Origin: an uncultured Lachnospiraceae bacterium
GTDB lineage: Bacteria; Bacillota; Clostridia; Lachnospirales; Lachnospiraceae
Length of the DNA stretch: 64,000 bases
Reading direction: 5' to 3'
NCBI GenBank assembly: GCA_902781325.1
Contig: CACZJD010000003.1
Span: 3,642-67,641, forward strand
Under the pieces are notes generated by a model. The model was given only the letters and a program-made list of their open reading frames with translations, had not been told where the DNA came from and did no database searches. The translations under genes were made by a program, and so were the position numbers. The first letter of the stretch is position 1, and every line of letters begins with the position of its first letter. Positions 47,228-58,500 of this stretch are shown piece by piece.

Positions 47228-48400
47228 ATGGATTACGGTCAGATCGCGCTGGAAAAGCACGCGCAGTGGAAGGGCAAAATAGAGGTCACAGCCAGAGCGG
47301 CCGTGGACAGCGCAGAGGCACTCAGTATCGCTTACACCCCCGGAGTGGCGGCGCCTTGTCTTGAGATACAGAAAAACCCCGAGAAGAGCTATGAGCTCAC
47401 CAGAAGATGGAATACAGTGGCGGTAGTTACCGACGGAACCGCGGTCCTGGGTCTTGGCGATATTGGACCGGAAGCCGGAATGCCTGTTATGGAGGGCAAA
47501 TGCGTCCTGTTCAAGGCTTTCGGTGATGTGGACGCAATCCCTTTGTGCGTCAGAACGCACGATGTGGATGAGATCGTCCGAACAGTGAGCCTTCTTGCGG
47601 GTTCCTTCGGCGGCATCAATCTAGAGGATATTGCGGCACCCAGATGCTTTGAGATAGAGAAAAAGCTCAAGGAGTGCTGCGATATTCCGATCTTCCACGA
47701 CGACCAGCACGGAACTGCCGTGATCACGCTGGCAGGTCTTATGAACGCGCTCAAGGTCGTGGGCAAGAAGATCGAAGATGTGAAGATCGTCACTTCCGGA
47801 GCAGGTGCCGCAGGCATCGCGATCATAAAGCTTCTTATGGCCATGGGTCTTAAGAACGTTATCATGACGGACCGCAAGGGCGCGATCTATGAGGGCAGAG
47901 AGGGCCTTAACCCTGTCAAAGAAGAGATGGCGAAGATCACGAACTTTAATCGCGAGGCAGGCACGCTGGCAGATGTGATCAAGGGCGCAGACGTCTTCAT
48001 CGGCGTATCTGCTCCCGGCACTTTGACCCAGGACATGGTCCGCAGTATGGCGAAGGATCCAATCATCTTCGCCTGCGCGAATCCCACACCCGAGATTTTC
48101 CCGGATGAAGCCAAGGCAGCGGGCGCGGCAGTCGTATCCACCGGCCGCAGCGATTTCCCCAACCAGATCAACAACGTGCTCTGCTTCCCCGGAATTTTCC
48201 GCGGCGCGCTGGACGTTCGTGCGAGCGATATCAATGATGCGATGAAGATCGCCTCCGCGAAGGCGCTGGCAGGCCTGGTCTCCGATGAGGAGCTCTGTGC
48301 CGACTATATTTTGCCCAAGGCGTTTGATCCGCGCGTCAAGGATGCAGTCGCGAAAGCGGCGGCACAGGCTGCGCGCGAGAGCGGCGTTGCAAGGATCTGA
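47228..48400 (+). CDS. NAD(P)-dependent malic enzyme (short bacterial type)
   Basis: AYTPGVA, DGTAVLGLG, MEGK, LEDIAAP, DDQHGTA, ANPTPEI, NQINN. Confidence 0.93.
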   Translation: MDYGQIALEKHAQWKGKIEVTARAAVDSAEALSIAYTPGVAAPCLEIQKNPEKSYELTRRWNTVAVVTDGTAVLGLGDIGPEAGMPVMEGKCVLFKAFGDVDAIPLCVRTHDVDEIVRTVSLLAGSFGGINLEDIAAPRCFEIEKKLKECCDIPIFHDDQHGTAVITLAGLMNALKVVGKKIEDVKIVTSGAGAAGIAIIKLLMAMGLKNVIMTDRKGAIYEGREGLNPVKEEMAKITNFNREAGTLADVIKGADVFIGVSAPGTLTQDMVRSMAKDPIIFACANPTPEIFPDEAKAAGAAVVSTGRSDFPNQINNVLCFPGIFRGALDVRASDINDAMKIASAKALAGLVSDEELCADYILPKAFDPRVKDAVAKAAAQAARESGVARI

Positions 48401-48416
48401 AAATAATAACAACACA

Positions 48417-48451
48417 AAAGCCCCCGGGACTGCAGAAGTCCCGGGGGCTTT
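48417..48451. terminator. Bidirectional terminator
   Basis: AAAGCCCCCGGGACT-gcaga-AGTCCCGGGGGCTTT. Confidence 0.85.
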
Positions 48452-48467
48452 GATATTCTGAGTTGTA

Positions 48468-49757
48468 TCAGACCACTGTGCCGCCAACGGGGCGAATGGA
48501 CAGAACGTGGCAGCAGCCTTCAGCGATGGCGCCGTCAACAGCCGCCTTGAAGCCGTTGAGCATGTCAAGAGGCACAAACGCCTGGACAGTGCCGGCGAAT
48601 CCGCCGCCGTGGACACGGAACGCGCCGCGGCCGTCCAGAAGAACGTCGCACAGGGAAAGGGCTACGCCGACAGCCTGGTTGTCAACGGCACCTTCCACGG
48701 AGATGTTCTGGAGGTACATGTAGGAGGACTGGCCGGAAGCTTTGACGATCTCAAGGAAAGCGGCGAAATCACCTGCCTTGAGGGCTGCGGCCTCATCCTG
48801 GGCGCGCCGGTTGTCCAGCACGAAGTGCATGGCGCGAAGGAAAGCGCGGTCACCGCAGACCTTGCGGATGGCGGCGGTCTTCTCAATGAGCTGCTCCTTT
48901 GTGACTCCGCGCAGATGAGTCTTGCCGAAGACAGAGGCGACAGCCTTCATTTCTCTCGGAATGCTCGCATAGGCGTCTGTCAGATCGGCGTGGCTGCTCT
49001 TGGAGTCGATGATGCAGAGCGCATAGCCCTCTTTATTGAGATCCAGGTCGATCTTCTCTACCTTGGGGCTCTCGGGATCGCCGAAGTCGATGGCAACAAC
49101 GCCGCCGACGGAGGAAGCGGACTGATCCATCAGGCCGCTGGGCTTGCCAAAATACTGATTCTCTGTGATCTGTCCCATCTTGGCGATCTCTACCGCGTCG
49201 AAGACGTTTCCGCAGAACATATCGTTTAAGATAACGCCCATGAGGGTCTCGAAAGCCGCGGAAGAGGAGAGACCGGAACCGCCCAGAACGTTGCTGGTGC
49301 AGTAGACGTCGATGCCCTTCACTTCGTAGCCTCTCTTAATAGCGAGAGCCGCCATGCCGCGGATCAGCGCGAGAGTGGACTCCTTTTCGGACTCCACGGG
49401 TTCAAGGACAGAGAGATCTGCCTCGATCATGCCGTAGCCCTCAGAATAGAAACGGATCGTATTCGTGCCGTTCAGGGCTGCCGCCGCAATAGCGTCAAGG
49501 TTTACACTTGCGGCGAGAACGCAGCCATACTGGTGATCAGTGTGATTGCCGCCGATCTCGGTGCGGCCCGGAGCGGAATACAGGCCGATCTGAGCCTGCG
49601 CGTTCGCCGGGAAAGTGATCTGGAAACCTTTTATTACCTTGGTAAATCTGTCCGCGTATCCCTGCGCCTTATCGGGATCGCAGCCGTAGATCTCAACCAT
49701 GCGCCCGTTCAGAGCGCCGCTCTGCAGTTCTTTGAGAAATGTGCCAGCATTTTTCAT
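48468..49757 (-). CDS. galK: Galactokinase
   Basis: PGRTEIGGNHTDH, GSGLSSSA, GLMDQ, RVHGGGFAG. Confidence 0.88.
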   Translation of the reverse strand: MKNAGTFLKELQSGALNGRMVEIYGCDPDKAQGYADRFTKVIKGFQITFPANAQAQIGLYSAPGRTEIGGNHTDHQYGCVLAASVNLDAIAAAALNGTNTIRFYSEGYGMIEADLSVLEPVESEKESTLALIRGMAALAIKRGYEVKGIDVYCTSNVLGGSGLSSSAAFETLMGVILNDMFCGNVFDAVEIAKMGQITENQYFGKPSGLMDQSASSVGGVVAIDFGDPESPKVEKIDLDLNKEGYALCIIDSKSSHADLTDAYASIPREMKAVASVFGKTHLRGVTKEQLIEKTAAIRKVCGDRAFLRAMHFVLDNRRAQDEAAALKAGDFAAFLEIVKASGQSSYMYLQNISVEGAVDNQAVGVALSLCDVLLDGRGAFRVHGGGFAGTVQAFVPLDMLNGFKAAVDGAIAEGCCHVLSIRPVGGTVV

Positions 49758-50052
49758 AGCTTTTAATCAGCCTCCTGTTATTAATAGAATTACCTAGATT
49801 ATACCATCAGAGAAGCAGTTTTATACAAGCGCGCCGCAGGAAAAGAAAATTGTGCAGAATAGTGCAGCCTGTATATATAAGTATACCCGTTTCTGTGTCT
49901 ACTTAAAATGGAGAAATGCCTTTCCGGGCAGATAATGCTTGCACAGAAATCATTATTGTGCTATTTTATGCGATGATTCTGCAAGAACTGTGCGATATAA
50001 AGCTATTATGCTTACTTAGAAAAATGGAATTATTTTAATTAAAAAAGAAAGT

Positions 50053-52323
50053 GTGAAAAACATGAAAAACCTCAAAGATTATACAGGGAAACCGCTGCAG
50101 GATTGTACGATCCTGGAGCTCTACAACGCAGCGCTGGCCCTGACGCAGGAGGCTTGTGCTGACAGAGGATACAACAGCGGAAAGAAGAAAGTTTACTATA
50201 TTTCGGCAGAATTTCTGATCGGCAAGCTCCTTTCCAACAACCTGATCAACCTCGGCATCTACGACGATGTGAAGGCGGAACTGGCTGAGGCCGGCAAAGA
50301 TATCACTGAGCTGGAGGAATTCGAATATGAGCCCTCCCTCGGAAACGGCGGCCTTGGAAGACTCGCGGCCTGCTTTATCGACAGCCTTGCGACACTGGGA
50401 CTTCCCGCGGACGGAGTAGGCCTGGCCTACCACTGCGGCCTGTTCAAGCAGTCCTTCGAGGACCGCAAGCAGCATGCGAGACCTGACTACTGGCGCAAGT
50501 GGGGCATGGCCAACTGGATGAAGCGTACCGACAGGCACTACAAGGTGCAGTGCGGCGACCTTGAACTTCTCTCCACCATGTATGAGATCGATGTAACAGG
50601 CTATGGCAGCAAGTGCGGACGCCTCCGCCTCTTTGACCTCGACACGGTCAATGAGAGACTGATCGGCTCGGGTATCGATTTTGACAAAAAAGAGATCGAG
50701 AAGAATCTGACCCTCTTTCTGTACCCCGATGACAGCGATGAGGACGGCAAGCTTCTCCGCGTCTATCAGGAGTACTTCATGGTCAGCAACGCGGCCCAGC
50801 TGATCCTCGACGAGTGTGTGGAGCGCGGCAGCAACCTGCATGATCTGGCCGATTATGCGGCGATCCAGATCAACGACACCCATCCTTCATTAGTCATTCC
50901 GGAGCTCGTGCGCCTTCTGACCGAGAAGGGCATCGATGAGAAGGAAGCTTATACGATCGTGACAGACGTCTGTGCCTATACAAACCACACGATCCTCGCG
51001 GAGGCGTTGGAGACCTGGCCCAAGCACTTCTTCAAGGCTGTCGTGCCGCACCTGATGCCCATCATCAAGAGGATGAACGATGCCGTGAAGGCAAAATATA
51101 AAGATCCTTCCGTTCAGATCATCGATGAGTACGGCAACGTGCATATGGCCCACATGGACATCCACTACAGCCATTCCGTGAACGGCGTTGCGAGACTTCA
51201 TACCGAGATCCTCAAGGATACTGAGCTCAACAATTTCTATAAACTCTATCCTGAGAAGTTCAACAACAAGACCAACGGCATCACTTTCCGCAGATGGGTC
51301 ATCGAGTGCAACCCTGAACTGACCGAGCTGATCACCGAGAAGATCGGCGAGGGATGGAAGACAGACGCGGGACAGCTTGAAGGACTTCTTCCTTTCGCAG
51401 AGGACAATGCTTTCCTGAAATGCATCCTGAACAGGAAAAACACGGAAAAGCATAAGTTCGCCGAATGGCTGGAGAAATACCAAGGGGACAAAGTGGATCC
51501 CGAGTCTGTCTATGATGTTCAGATCAAGCGCCTGCACGAGTACAAGAGACAGCAGCTCAATCTTCTGTGGGCCATCGACTGCTACCTGCACATCAAGGAT
51601 GGCTACAGACCGAGAAGACCGGTCACGGTATTTTTTGGCGCGAAGGCAGCTCCTGCCTATGTGATCGCCAAGGACATCATCCATGCGATCCTCGCCTTCA
51701 GCAGCATCGTGAACAATGACCCGGAAGTGAGCCCTTATCTCAAGGTCGTCATGCTTCGCAACTACAACGTGTCCATGGCGGAGAAACTGATCCCCGCATC
51801 GGACATTTCCGAGCAGATCTCACTGGCCTCCAAGGAGGCCAGCGGGACCGGCAACATGAAGTTCATGCTCAACGGCGCTGTGACGCTCGGAACCATGGAC
51901 GGCGCGAACGTCGAGATCGCGGAACTGGTCGGAGAGGACAATATCTTCACCTTCGGACAGTCCTCAGAGGAGGTCATTGAGCACTATAAGAACGCGGATT
52001 ATGTCTCCAGGAACTGGTATAAGAAGGATAAGAGACTTGCCGCGGCAGTGGACTTCCTGGTCAGCGATGAGATGCTTGAAGCCGGCGACAAGAAGCTCCT
52101 CAAACAGCTCTATGATGAGCTGCTGGGCAAAGACTGGTTCATGACTTTCCCTGACTTTGAGAGCTATTGCAAGACCAAGGACAAGGCTCTTGAAGCCTAT
52201 GAGGACAGAATGGGCTGGGCGAAGAAGATGGTAGTCAATATCGCGAAAGCGGGCTACTTCTCCTCCGACAGAACGATCGAACAGTACAACAAAGATATCT
52301 GGCACTTGGAGAAGGATATATAA
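50053..52323 (+). CDS. glgP: Glycogen/maltodextrin (alpha-glucan) phosphorylase
   Basis: LGNGGLGRLAAC, INDTHP, KRLHEYKRQ, EASGTGNMK, FSSDRTI; start 50053 or 50062; could be MalP-type. Confidence 0.9.
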   Translation: MKNMKNLKDYTGKPLQDCTILELYNAALALTQEACADRGYNSGKKKVYYISAEFLIGKLLSNNLINLGIYDDVKAELAEAGKDITELEEFEYEPSLGNGGLGRLAACFIDSLATLGLPADGVGLAYHCGLFKQSFEDRKQHARPDYWRKWGMANWMKRTDRHYKVQCGDLELLSTMYEIDVTGYGSKCGRLRLFDLDTVNERLIGSGIDFDKKEIEKNLTLFLYPDDSDEDGKLLRVYQEYFMVSNAAQLILDECVERGSNLHDLADYAAIQINDTHPSLVIPELVRLLTEKGIDEKEAYTIVTDVCAYTNHTILAEALETWPKHFFKAVVPHLMPIIKRMNDAVKAKYKDPSVQIIDEYGNVHMAHMDIHYSHSVNGVARLHTEILKDTELNNFYKLYPEKFNNKTNGITFRRWVIECNPELTELITEKIGEGWKTDAGQLEGLLPFAEDNAFLKCILNRKNTEKHKFAEWLEKYQGDKVDPESVYDVQIKRLHEYKRQQLNLLWAIDCYLHIKDGYRPRRPVTVFFGAKAAPAYVIAKDIIHAILAFSSIVNNDPEVSPYLKVVMLRNYNVSMAEKLIPASDISEQISLASKEASGTGNMKFMLNGAVTLGTMDGANVEIAELVGEDNIFTFGQSSEEVIEHYKNADYVSRNWYKKDKRLAAAVDFLVSDEMLEAGDKKLLKQLYDELLGKDWFMTFPDFESYCKTKDKALEAYEDRMGWAKKMVVNIAKAGYFSSDRTIEQYNKDIWHLEKDI

Positions 52324-52334
52324 AGAGTGAAATC

Positions 52335-52372
52335 AAAACAGGACCGTCGATTAACCGGCGGCCCTGTTTTTT
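52335..52372 (+). terminator. Terminator of the phosphorylase gene
   Basis: AAAACAGGACCGTCG...CGGCGGCCCTGTTTTTT. Confidence 0.75.
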
Positions 52373-52523
52373 CGTTTAAATGACTCGAATCAGTTCAACG
52401 AGTCTCAAGGCCAAGAGTATCGAATTACAGATTGATGGAGGGAAAGAAATGTAATATCATGTTAGTACTAAAAACCTATTACATTGCGGGAAATAGGTGT
52501 GTAAGAATCAGAAAGGATTCATA

Positions 52524-53657
52524 ATGTCTGCTTTACAATTCGATAGAATAATTATTGGTGCAGGATTATACGGACTATATTCTGCTCTTTTTTGCTGTAA
52601 AAAAGGACAGAAAGTTATAGTTCTTGAATGTGATGATGCGCCTTTTAAGAGAGCTACCTACATTAATCAGGCCCGGGTTCATCAGGGTTATCATTATCCG
52701 AGATCCATTTCAACTGCTCTTAAGTCAGCCGGTTATTTTGAAAGATTTAATAAAGACTACGCCTTTTGCGTGAACAAGGAATTTGATCAGATCTATGCGA
52801 CATCAAGCCAGTATTCATGGTCTGACGGAAAACAGTTTAAAGCTTTCTGCAAAGCGGCAAATATCCCGTGTGAAGAATTATATGCCGGCAATTATTTTAA
52901 GGAAGGCATGTGTGACGGCGTATTCAGGACAAGAGAGTATACTTATGACGCAATGATACTAAAGGATTATTTCCTTAATGAATTAGAACAATACGGAAGC
53001 AGTGTTGTCATTAAATACGGAGTTAAAATATGCTCCATTGAAAAAGGAAATGAGACTTATGTAATAAGAACCGAAGAAGGAGAAAGCTACGAATCAGCCT
53101 TTGTACTCAATTCAACATACGCAGGTACAAATCAGATTCTTGAAATGGCAGGATTTGAAAAATTCGGAATTAAGTATGAACTCTGTGAAATCATTCTTTG
53201 CGATGTCAATGAGAAGCTGAAAGGGGTTGGTTTTACCGTGATGGACGGCCCGTTCTTCTCAATCATGCCTTTTGGCAAAACAGGATTGCATTCACTGACA
53301 TCTGTAACATTTACACCGCATACAACAAGCTATGATCCTGTCCCGACTTTTTCATGTCAGGCGGAGAGCAAAGGGTTTTGTACAACAAAAAGACTGGGAA
53401 ACTGCAATGACTGTCCGGCGAAGCCGGTAACTGCATTTCCTTACATGGCCAACCTGGCACGGAAGTATATGCTGGATGACTACAGGTTTGAATACAGGAA
53501 TTCATTGTTCTCAATGAAACCTATACTTATGAGTTCGGAAATTGATGATTCCAGACCGACAGTGATCAGAGAATACTCTAAGAATCCAACATTTGTCGGC
53601 GTCCTGTCGGGCAAGATCAATACAGTATATGACTTGGATGAGGTGTTAAATGATTGA
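52524..53657 (+). CDS. FAD-dependent oxidoreductase (DAO-like)
   Basis: IIIGAGLYG, NQARVHQGYHYPRS, DGPF, SGKI; AAAGGA RBS before ATG 52524. Confidence 0.85.
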   Translation: MSALQFDRIIIGAGLYGLYSALFCCKKGQKVIVLECDDAPFKRATYINQARVHQGYHYPRSISTALKSAGYFERFNKDYAFCVNKEFDQIYATSSQYSWSDGKQFKAFCKAANIPCEELYAGNYFKEGMCDGVFRTREYTYDAMILKDYFLNELEQYGSSVVIKYGVKICSIEKGNETYVIRTEEGESYESAFVLNSTYAGTNQILEMAGFEKFGIKYELCEIILCDVNEKLKGVGFTVMDGPFFSIMPFGKTGLHSLTSVTFTPHTTSYDPVPTFSCQAESKGFCTTKRLGNCNDCPAKPVTAFPYMANLARKYMLDDYRFEYRNSLFSMKPILMSSEIDDSRPTVIREYSKNPTFVGVLSGKINTVYDLDEVLND

Positions 53658-54591
53658 TAATAAAGAAAAGAACTTTGTTTCAGCGGTCATTTATGTTCAT
53701 AACGCTGAAAACAGGATAGAACAGTTTTTGAGTGCGATCATTGATGTGATGGAACACAATTTTGAGCATTCTGAAATTATTTGTGTAAATGACTGTTCGG
53801 ATGATGAAAGTGTTTCGATCATAAAAAAGGTGAGTGACCGGGCATCATCGACTAGTGTATCTGTAATAAACATGAGCTTTTTTCATGGTCTTGAGCTGGC
53901 TATGGATGCGGGAATGGATTTGGCCATAGGAGACTTTGTGTTTGAATTTGATAACACAAATCTTGATTTTGATCCTGAGACAATTATGAGGATTTATCGT
54001 CATTCCCTTACGGGATTTGATATTGTCAGTGCGTCTCCAAATAAAAAAGAGAGGCTGTCATCAAGGGTTTTCTATAAGGTCTTTGAAAGATTCTCGGAGC
54101 TTTCTTATGACATGACAACAGAGAGTTTCAGAATTCTCAGCAGACGTGTTATCAACCGGATAAGTTCTATGAACAAGACTATACCTTATCGAAAAGTGGT
54201 CTATGCCGGAAGCGGTCTGAAGACAGCAAACATAAAATACGATGTGGTAAGCACGGGAGCAGCACAAAATGATTCCAGAGAAAAGAAATACAGGATCAGC
54301 CTGGCAGTAGACACTTTAATTCTGTTTACAGAAGTCGGATACCGGTTTTCATTTTGGATGACAACCGTAATGATGCTGATTTCAATGTTTATGGTCGCAT
54401 ATACGGTGATCATTTATTTAATCGGTCATCCTATTGAAGGCTGGACAACAACCGTATTGTTTTTGGCGATAGCATTTCTGGGACTGTTTGGAATACTGAC
54501 GATTATTGTTAAGTACCTGCAGATTATCGTGGATCTGGTATTTAAGAGAAAACAGTACAATTTTGAAAGCATAGAGAAGCTGACGAAATAA
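53650..54591 (+). CDS. GT2 glycosyltransferase-like protein, GtrB/ArnC architecture
   Basis: GT-A N-terminal domain (VNDCSDD, A.GD), two C-terminal TMs with GWTT; DxD degenerate (FDNT). Confidence 0.75.
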   Translation: MIDNKEKNFVSAVIYVHNAENRIEQFLSAIIDVMEHNFEHSEIICVNDCSDDESVSIIKKVSDRASSTSVSVINMSFFHGLELAMDAGMDLAIGDFVFEFDNTNLDFDPETIMRIYRHSLTGFDIVSASPNKKERLSSRVFYKVFERFSELSYDMTTESFRILSRRVINRISSMNKTIPYRKVVYAGSGLKTANIKYDVVSTGAAQNDSREKKYRISLAVDTLILFTEVGYRFSFWMTTVMMLISMFMVAYTVIIYLIGHPIEGWTTTVLFLAIAFLGLFGILTIIVKYLQIIVDLVFKRKQYNFESIEKLTK

Positions 54592-54604
54592 AGGAAAGAT
54601 AAAA

Positions 54605-55516
54605 ATGAAAGCATTAGTTGGCTATACGGGCTTTGTTGGAAGTAATATTTATCACGCCGGAGATTTTGACGCGGCATATAATTCGAAAAACATAACAGAA
54701 GCATATAGTACCAATCCGGACCTTCTTGTTTATTCGGGACTCAGGGCGGAAAAATACCTCGCAAACAATGCGCCTGAAAAGGATATGGAGCTCATATATC
54801 AGGCAGAGGACAATATTGCAAAAATAAATCCGCAGAGGCTTGTGCTGATATCGACTATTGACGTCTTTAAGGAACCAAAGGGTGTGGACGAGAACTCAAA
54901 AATCGATACCGAAAATCTCCAGGCATATGGATATAACCGATATCAGCTTGAGCGCTGGGTCCGTGAGAAATACCCCGATGCTTTGATCATACGCTTACCG
55001 GGACTGTTCGGAAAAAATATAAAGAAGAATTTTATTTATGACTATATTAATGTAATCCCCTTCATGTTGAAAGAAGAGAAGTTTCTTGAATTAGCGGAGC
55101 AGGATCCTGAACTAAAAAAGTATTACTGTATTCAGGACAACGGATTTTACAAAGTAAATGTTTCTGACACTGACAGAGAAATGCTGAAGAACAAATTCAG
55201 AGCTTTGGGCTTCTCAGCACTCAGCTTCACTGACAGCAGGAGCAAGTACCAATTTTATAATCTGGCGAGATTGTGGAGTGACATTCAGACCGCTCTTACT
55301 AACGGAGTAAAACTTTGGCATCCCGCAACAGAACCTGTATCGGCAGGGGAGGTATATAAGTACCTTACCGGAAAAGAGTTCATAAATGAGCTTGGCGGTA
55401 TTCCTGCGGATTATGATTACAGGACGATTCATGCGGCTCTGTTTGGCGGAAGTAATGGATATATATATAACAAGCGGCAGGTGTTAAAAGAGATCAAGGA
55501 GTTTGTTGAGAAGTGA
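54605..55516 (+). CDS. NAD(P)-dependent epimerase/reductase (extended SDR)
   Basis: VGYTGFVGS, ISTIDV, YGYNR (YxxxK variant), RLPGLFG. Confidence 0.8.
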   Translation: MKALVGYTGFVGSNIYHAGDFDAAYNSKNITEAYSTNPDLLVYSGLRAEKYLANNAPEKDMELIYQAEDNIAKINPQRLVLISTIDVFKEPKGVDENSKIDTENLQAYGYNRYQLERWVREKYPDALIIRLPGLFGKNIKKNFIYDYINVIPFMLKEEKFLELAEQDPELKKYYCIQDNGFYKVNVSDTDREMLKNKFRALGFSALSFTDSRSKYQFYNLARLWSDIQTALTNGVKLWHPATEPVSAGEVYKYLTGKEFINELGGIPADYDYRTIHAALFGGSNGYIYNKRQVLKEIKEFVEK

Positions 55517-58500
55517 GAGAAATTGCTTTAAGAAGAATAAACACAAAGATAGCAATCGTAGTTAAGATAATAATCTGCATATTCATTATAGCAACTATCT
55601 TTAGATTGCTGTTTTCTTATGGCATTGATCCATATCTGAATTATAACGATTATTCTGTCAGAAATGATAATACCGGCGGAGAATCGTTTGATCTTTCTGC
55701 CTATACTGCTGTTGAACAGGAATTTACAGCGTCCGGCAATATTTTGAATAATGTGTCGCTTTATTACGGAAACGCTCCAGACAGAGATGTAACAGTCTCT
55801 GTCTTATCGCTTAATGGTGAATCTGTTGCAGCAACCGATCTGAATACCGCGTCACTTTCAAAAGAAGGGTGGAATGAAATAGGTTTATGTACGGATGAAC
55901 TTGAGAAAGGCACTTCTTATAAAATATCCATTGAATCGGAAGAGGGGCTCGAAGGCTTTGCCATAGGAAACGGAGCAGCCCCCGAAGATTATGCTGCACT
56001 GACATCGGATGGTGCGATCATTGACGGAAAGCTTTTATTAGGTTTAAACCAAACATACAGCTACCTCAATCTTGCAAATGCGTTTGAATTCGCTTTGAGA
56101 TGCTTATTTACCCTGTTTACAGCAATTGCATTATGTGTTTCAGTTATTAGATTTGAAAAGATTTATGGTGCCTTTGTAAAAGGAAAGAGGCGGGGCTTTT
56201 CTTATGCATTGTTTTTTGCAGGCTCGTTAGTATTGATGTATAACCCCATCGATTCCTCAAAGACAGAAGTATTAGATTTCAGCAGGGTAATCGGTGAAGG
56301 GCTTAATGCTAATGTTGATGTATCCAGGCGAATAGACAATTTTAATCATTGGTTCATTGCCTTTGGCATTGTTTTTGTCTTGTTCTACATGCTGGCAAAT
56401 TACTGCCTGAGAAAACTAAAAACAAAGAATCAGAAGAAAACAGCTGCTTTTCTTAACGATTTTATGGTTTTGGCAAACTGTAAGCTGATCCTTAGATGTA
56501 TTACGTATTTCAAAGACTGGACATCTGAGAGACCGGCGTTTTATTACTCACAGGGAGTGGTCCTGCTGATTTCAATAACAGTAATCTGCTATTTGGTTCT
56601 TTCTTTAGATCAATTTGTAAATCCGGAAACATTTGAACAATTGATTGTAATATCCTTCTGCCTGTCAGCAGCGCTTGCGGTTTTTTGGGGAAAAGAACTG
56701 GGAAGCGGAAGAGTAGTACTGGGCATTAATGTGATAGCCGTTTTTGTTGTGCTCGTTTTATGCAGATTCGCCGGAAAACTGACTTCGAAACAATCTGTTG
56801 CCCGGATCATACGACTGACTGCAATTGCTGTTTCTTTTATTCCGTTATGCACTTCTCTATACATAGAGATGATTCATGTATTAAACCAGCATAATGTTTT
56901 TGTCGCGCACCCTGCAAAATACTATAAAGTTGCCTGTATATTGGGATTTATCGCGTTTGTTGCTGTGTTAATCATTGCAGAAATAAAGAAAATAGATATA
57001 AAAAAATGGAAAAACATAGTTTTTCCTTCATTGGTTGCAGGGATTACATGCCTTTGTATGCAGATACCGATCTCATCGACATATGAACCTGATCTGGTCG
57101 AAGGGGCAAATATCAGTGTCCTCGTGGGTGACTTTCTAAACTATGGGGACATTCCTATAGTACAGCATTATAGCGGACACATGATGAAATATGTATGGGA
57201 GGGGATCCTGTATGCAATCATTAATGGTGATTTTTCAGGAATAGTTTCCCCATACAGCGGATTATTATATGTTGTAACGGCGGTTTTATTCTATTACCTT
57301 ATAGCAAAAGTCTGGAACAGAGAGATGGCAATTGCCGCTACGCTGTTACTCCCCATCATGGTACATTTCTTTTATTACGGCTATGGCATACTTGTGTGTC
57401 TGGCGGCAATGGCTTATGTGAGAGAGAACAGTACAGGCAATGCAATGGTGCTATGGGGAACACTCGTCTGGTGTGCGCTTCACAGGCTGGATATGGGATT
57501 TGCCTTTGGACTTGCATCCATTATAGCATTACTCATTTATGTCATCATAAACAGAAATATCACGGCATGTAAACAATTAGGGAAAACACTGATCATCTGG
57601 GGCGCAGCAGGCGGTCTGGCATGGCTCATTTTATGTTTGGTCAAAGGGATCAATCCTGTAAACAGGCTGATTGAATTCCTGATGATAAGTCTGTCCAACC
57701 AGAATTGGGCATATGAAGAAATAGGAAGCACAGATAATATGGTGTTCGCATGGGTATATATTATCGTTCCCTTTGTTATGGTGTTAACACTTTTATATAC
57801 TGTGCTGTCGAAAGAATTCAGGGAAAAGACCGGAACAGAGAAATGGATACTGCTGCTCATTTTGAATTTGTCATATTTTCAAAATTTCTCAAGAGGATTA
57901 GTAAGACATTCTCTGTATGAGAATAACCCGGCAGTCGTTCTTTTCTGTGCATATTTGGTCTTGGCAATGTTCCTGGCATTTTATAAACAGAATATGAGAT
58001 GGTTCATACCGACGTTTATGCTTCTCATAGCAGTGAATGGACTTTTTTTGAATCCTGCCAGTTTTGCATCTTGGCCATTAGCGGAGCATGCTGTATCATC
58101 ACCGGAACCAATCATAGAAAGCTGGAAGCCTGGACTCTTTAATGGTGAAGGAGGGTTTAAAACAGAGTGGGAGAAGATAAAACATGATCGGGAAAAAGTA
58201 GAACGTATTGTTCTTGCCGATGATCTTATAAATTATGCGTCAGGATATGAATTGGTTTTGGATAAACTATTGGATGAAGGTGAGACATTTGCTGATTTCA
58301 TGAACAAAACTTTACTCTATCCTGTTTTAGGATATAACTGTCCGGTATATGTCTCACAGTCTCCGCTGCAGTTATCAGGTGATTTCACGCAGAAAGAATT
58401 TATAAAAGAAATAAAAGATGTACCGATTGTGCTCATGCCGGTCGACCGCGGAAATTATTTTTGTTCCACCAGTTTGGACGGAATTGCAAACGCCTACAGG

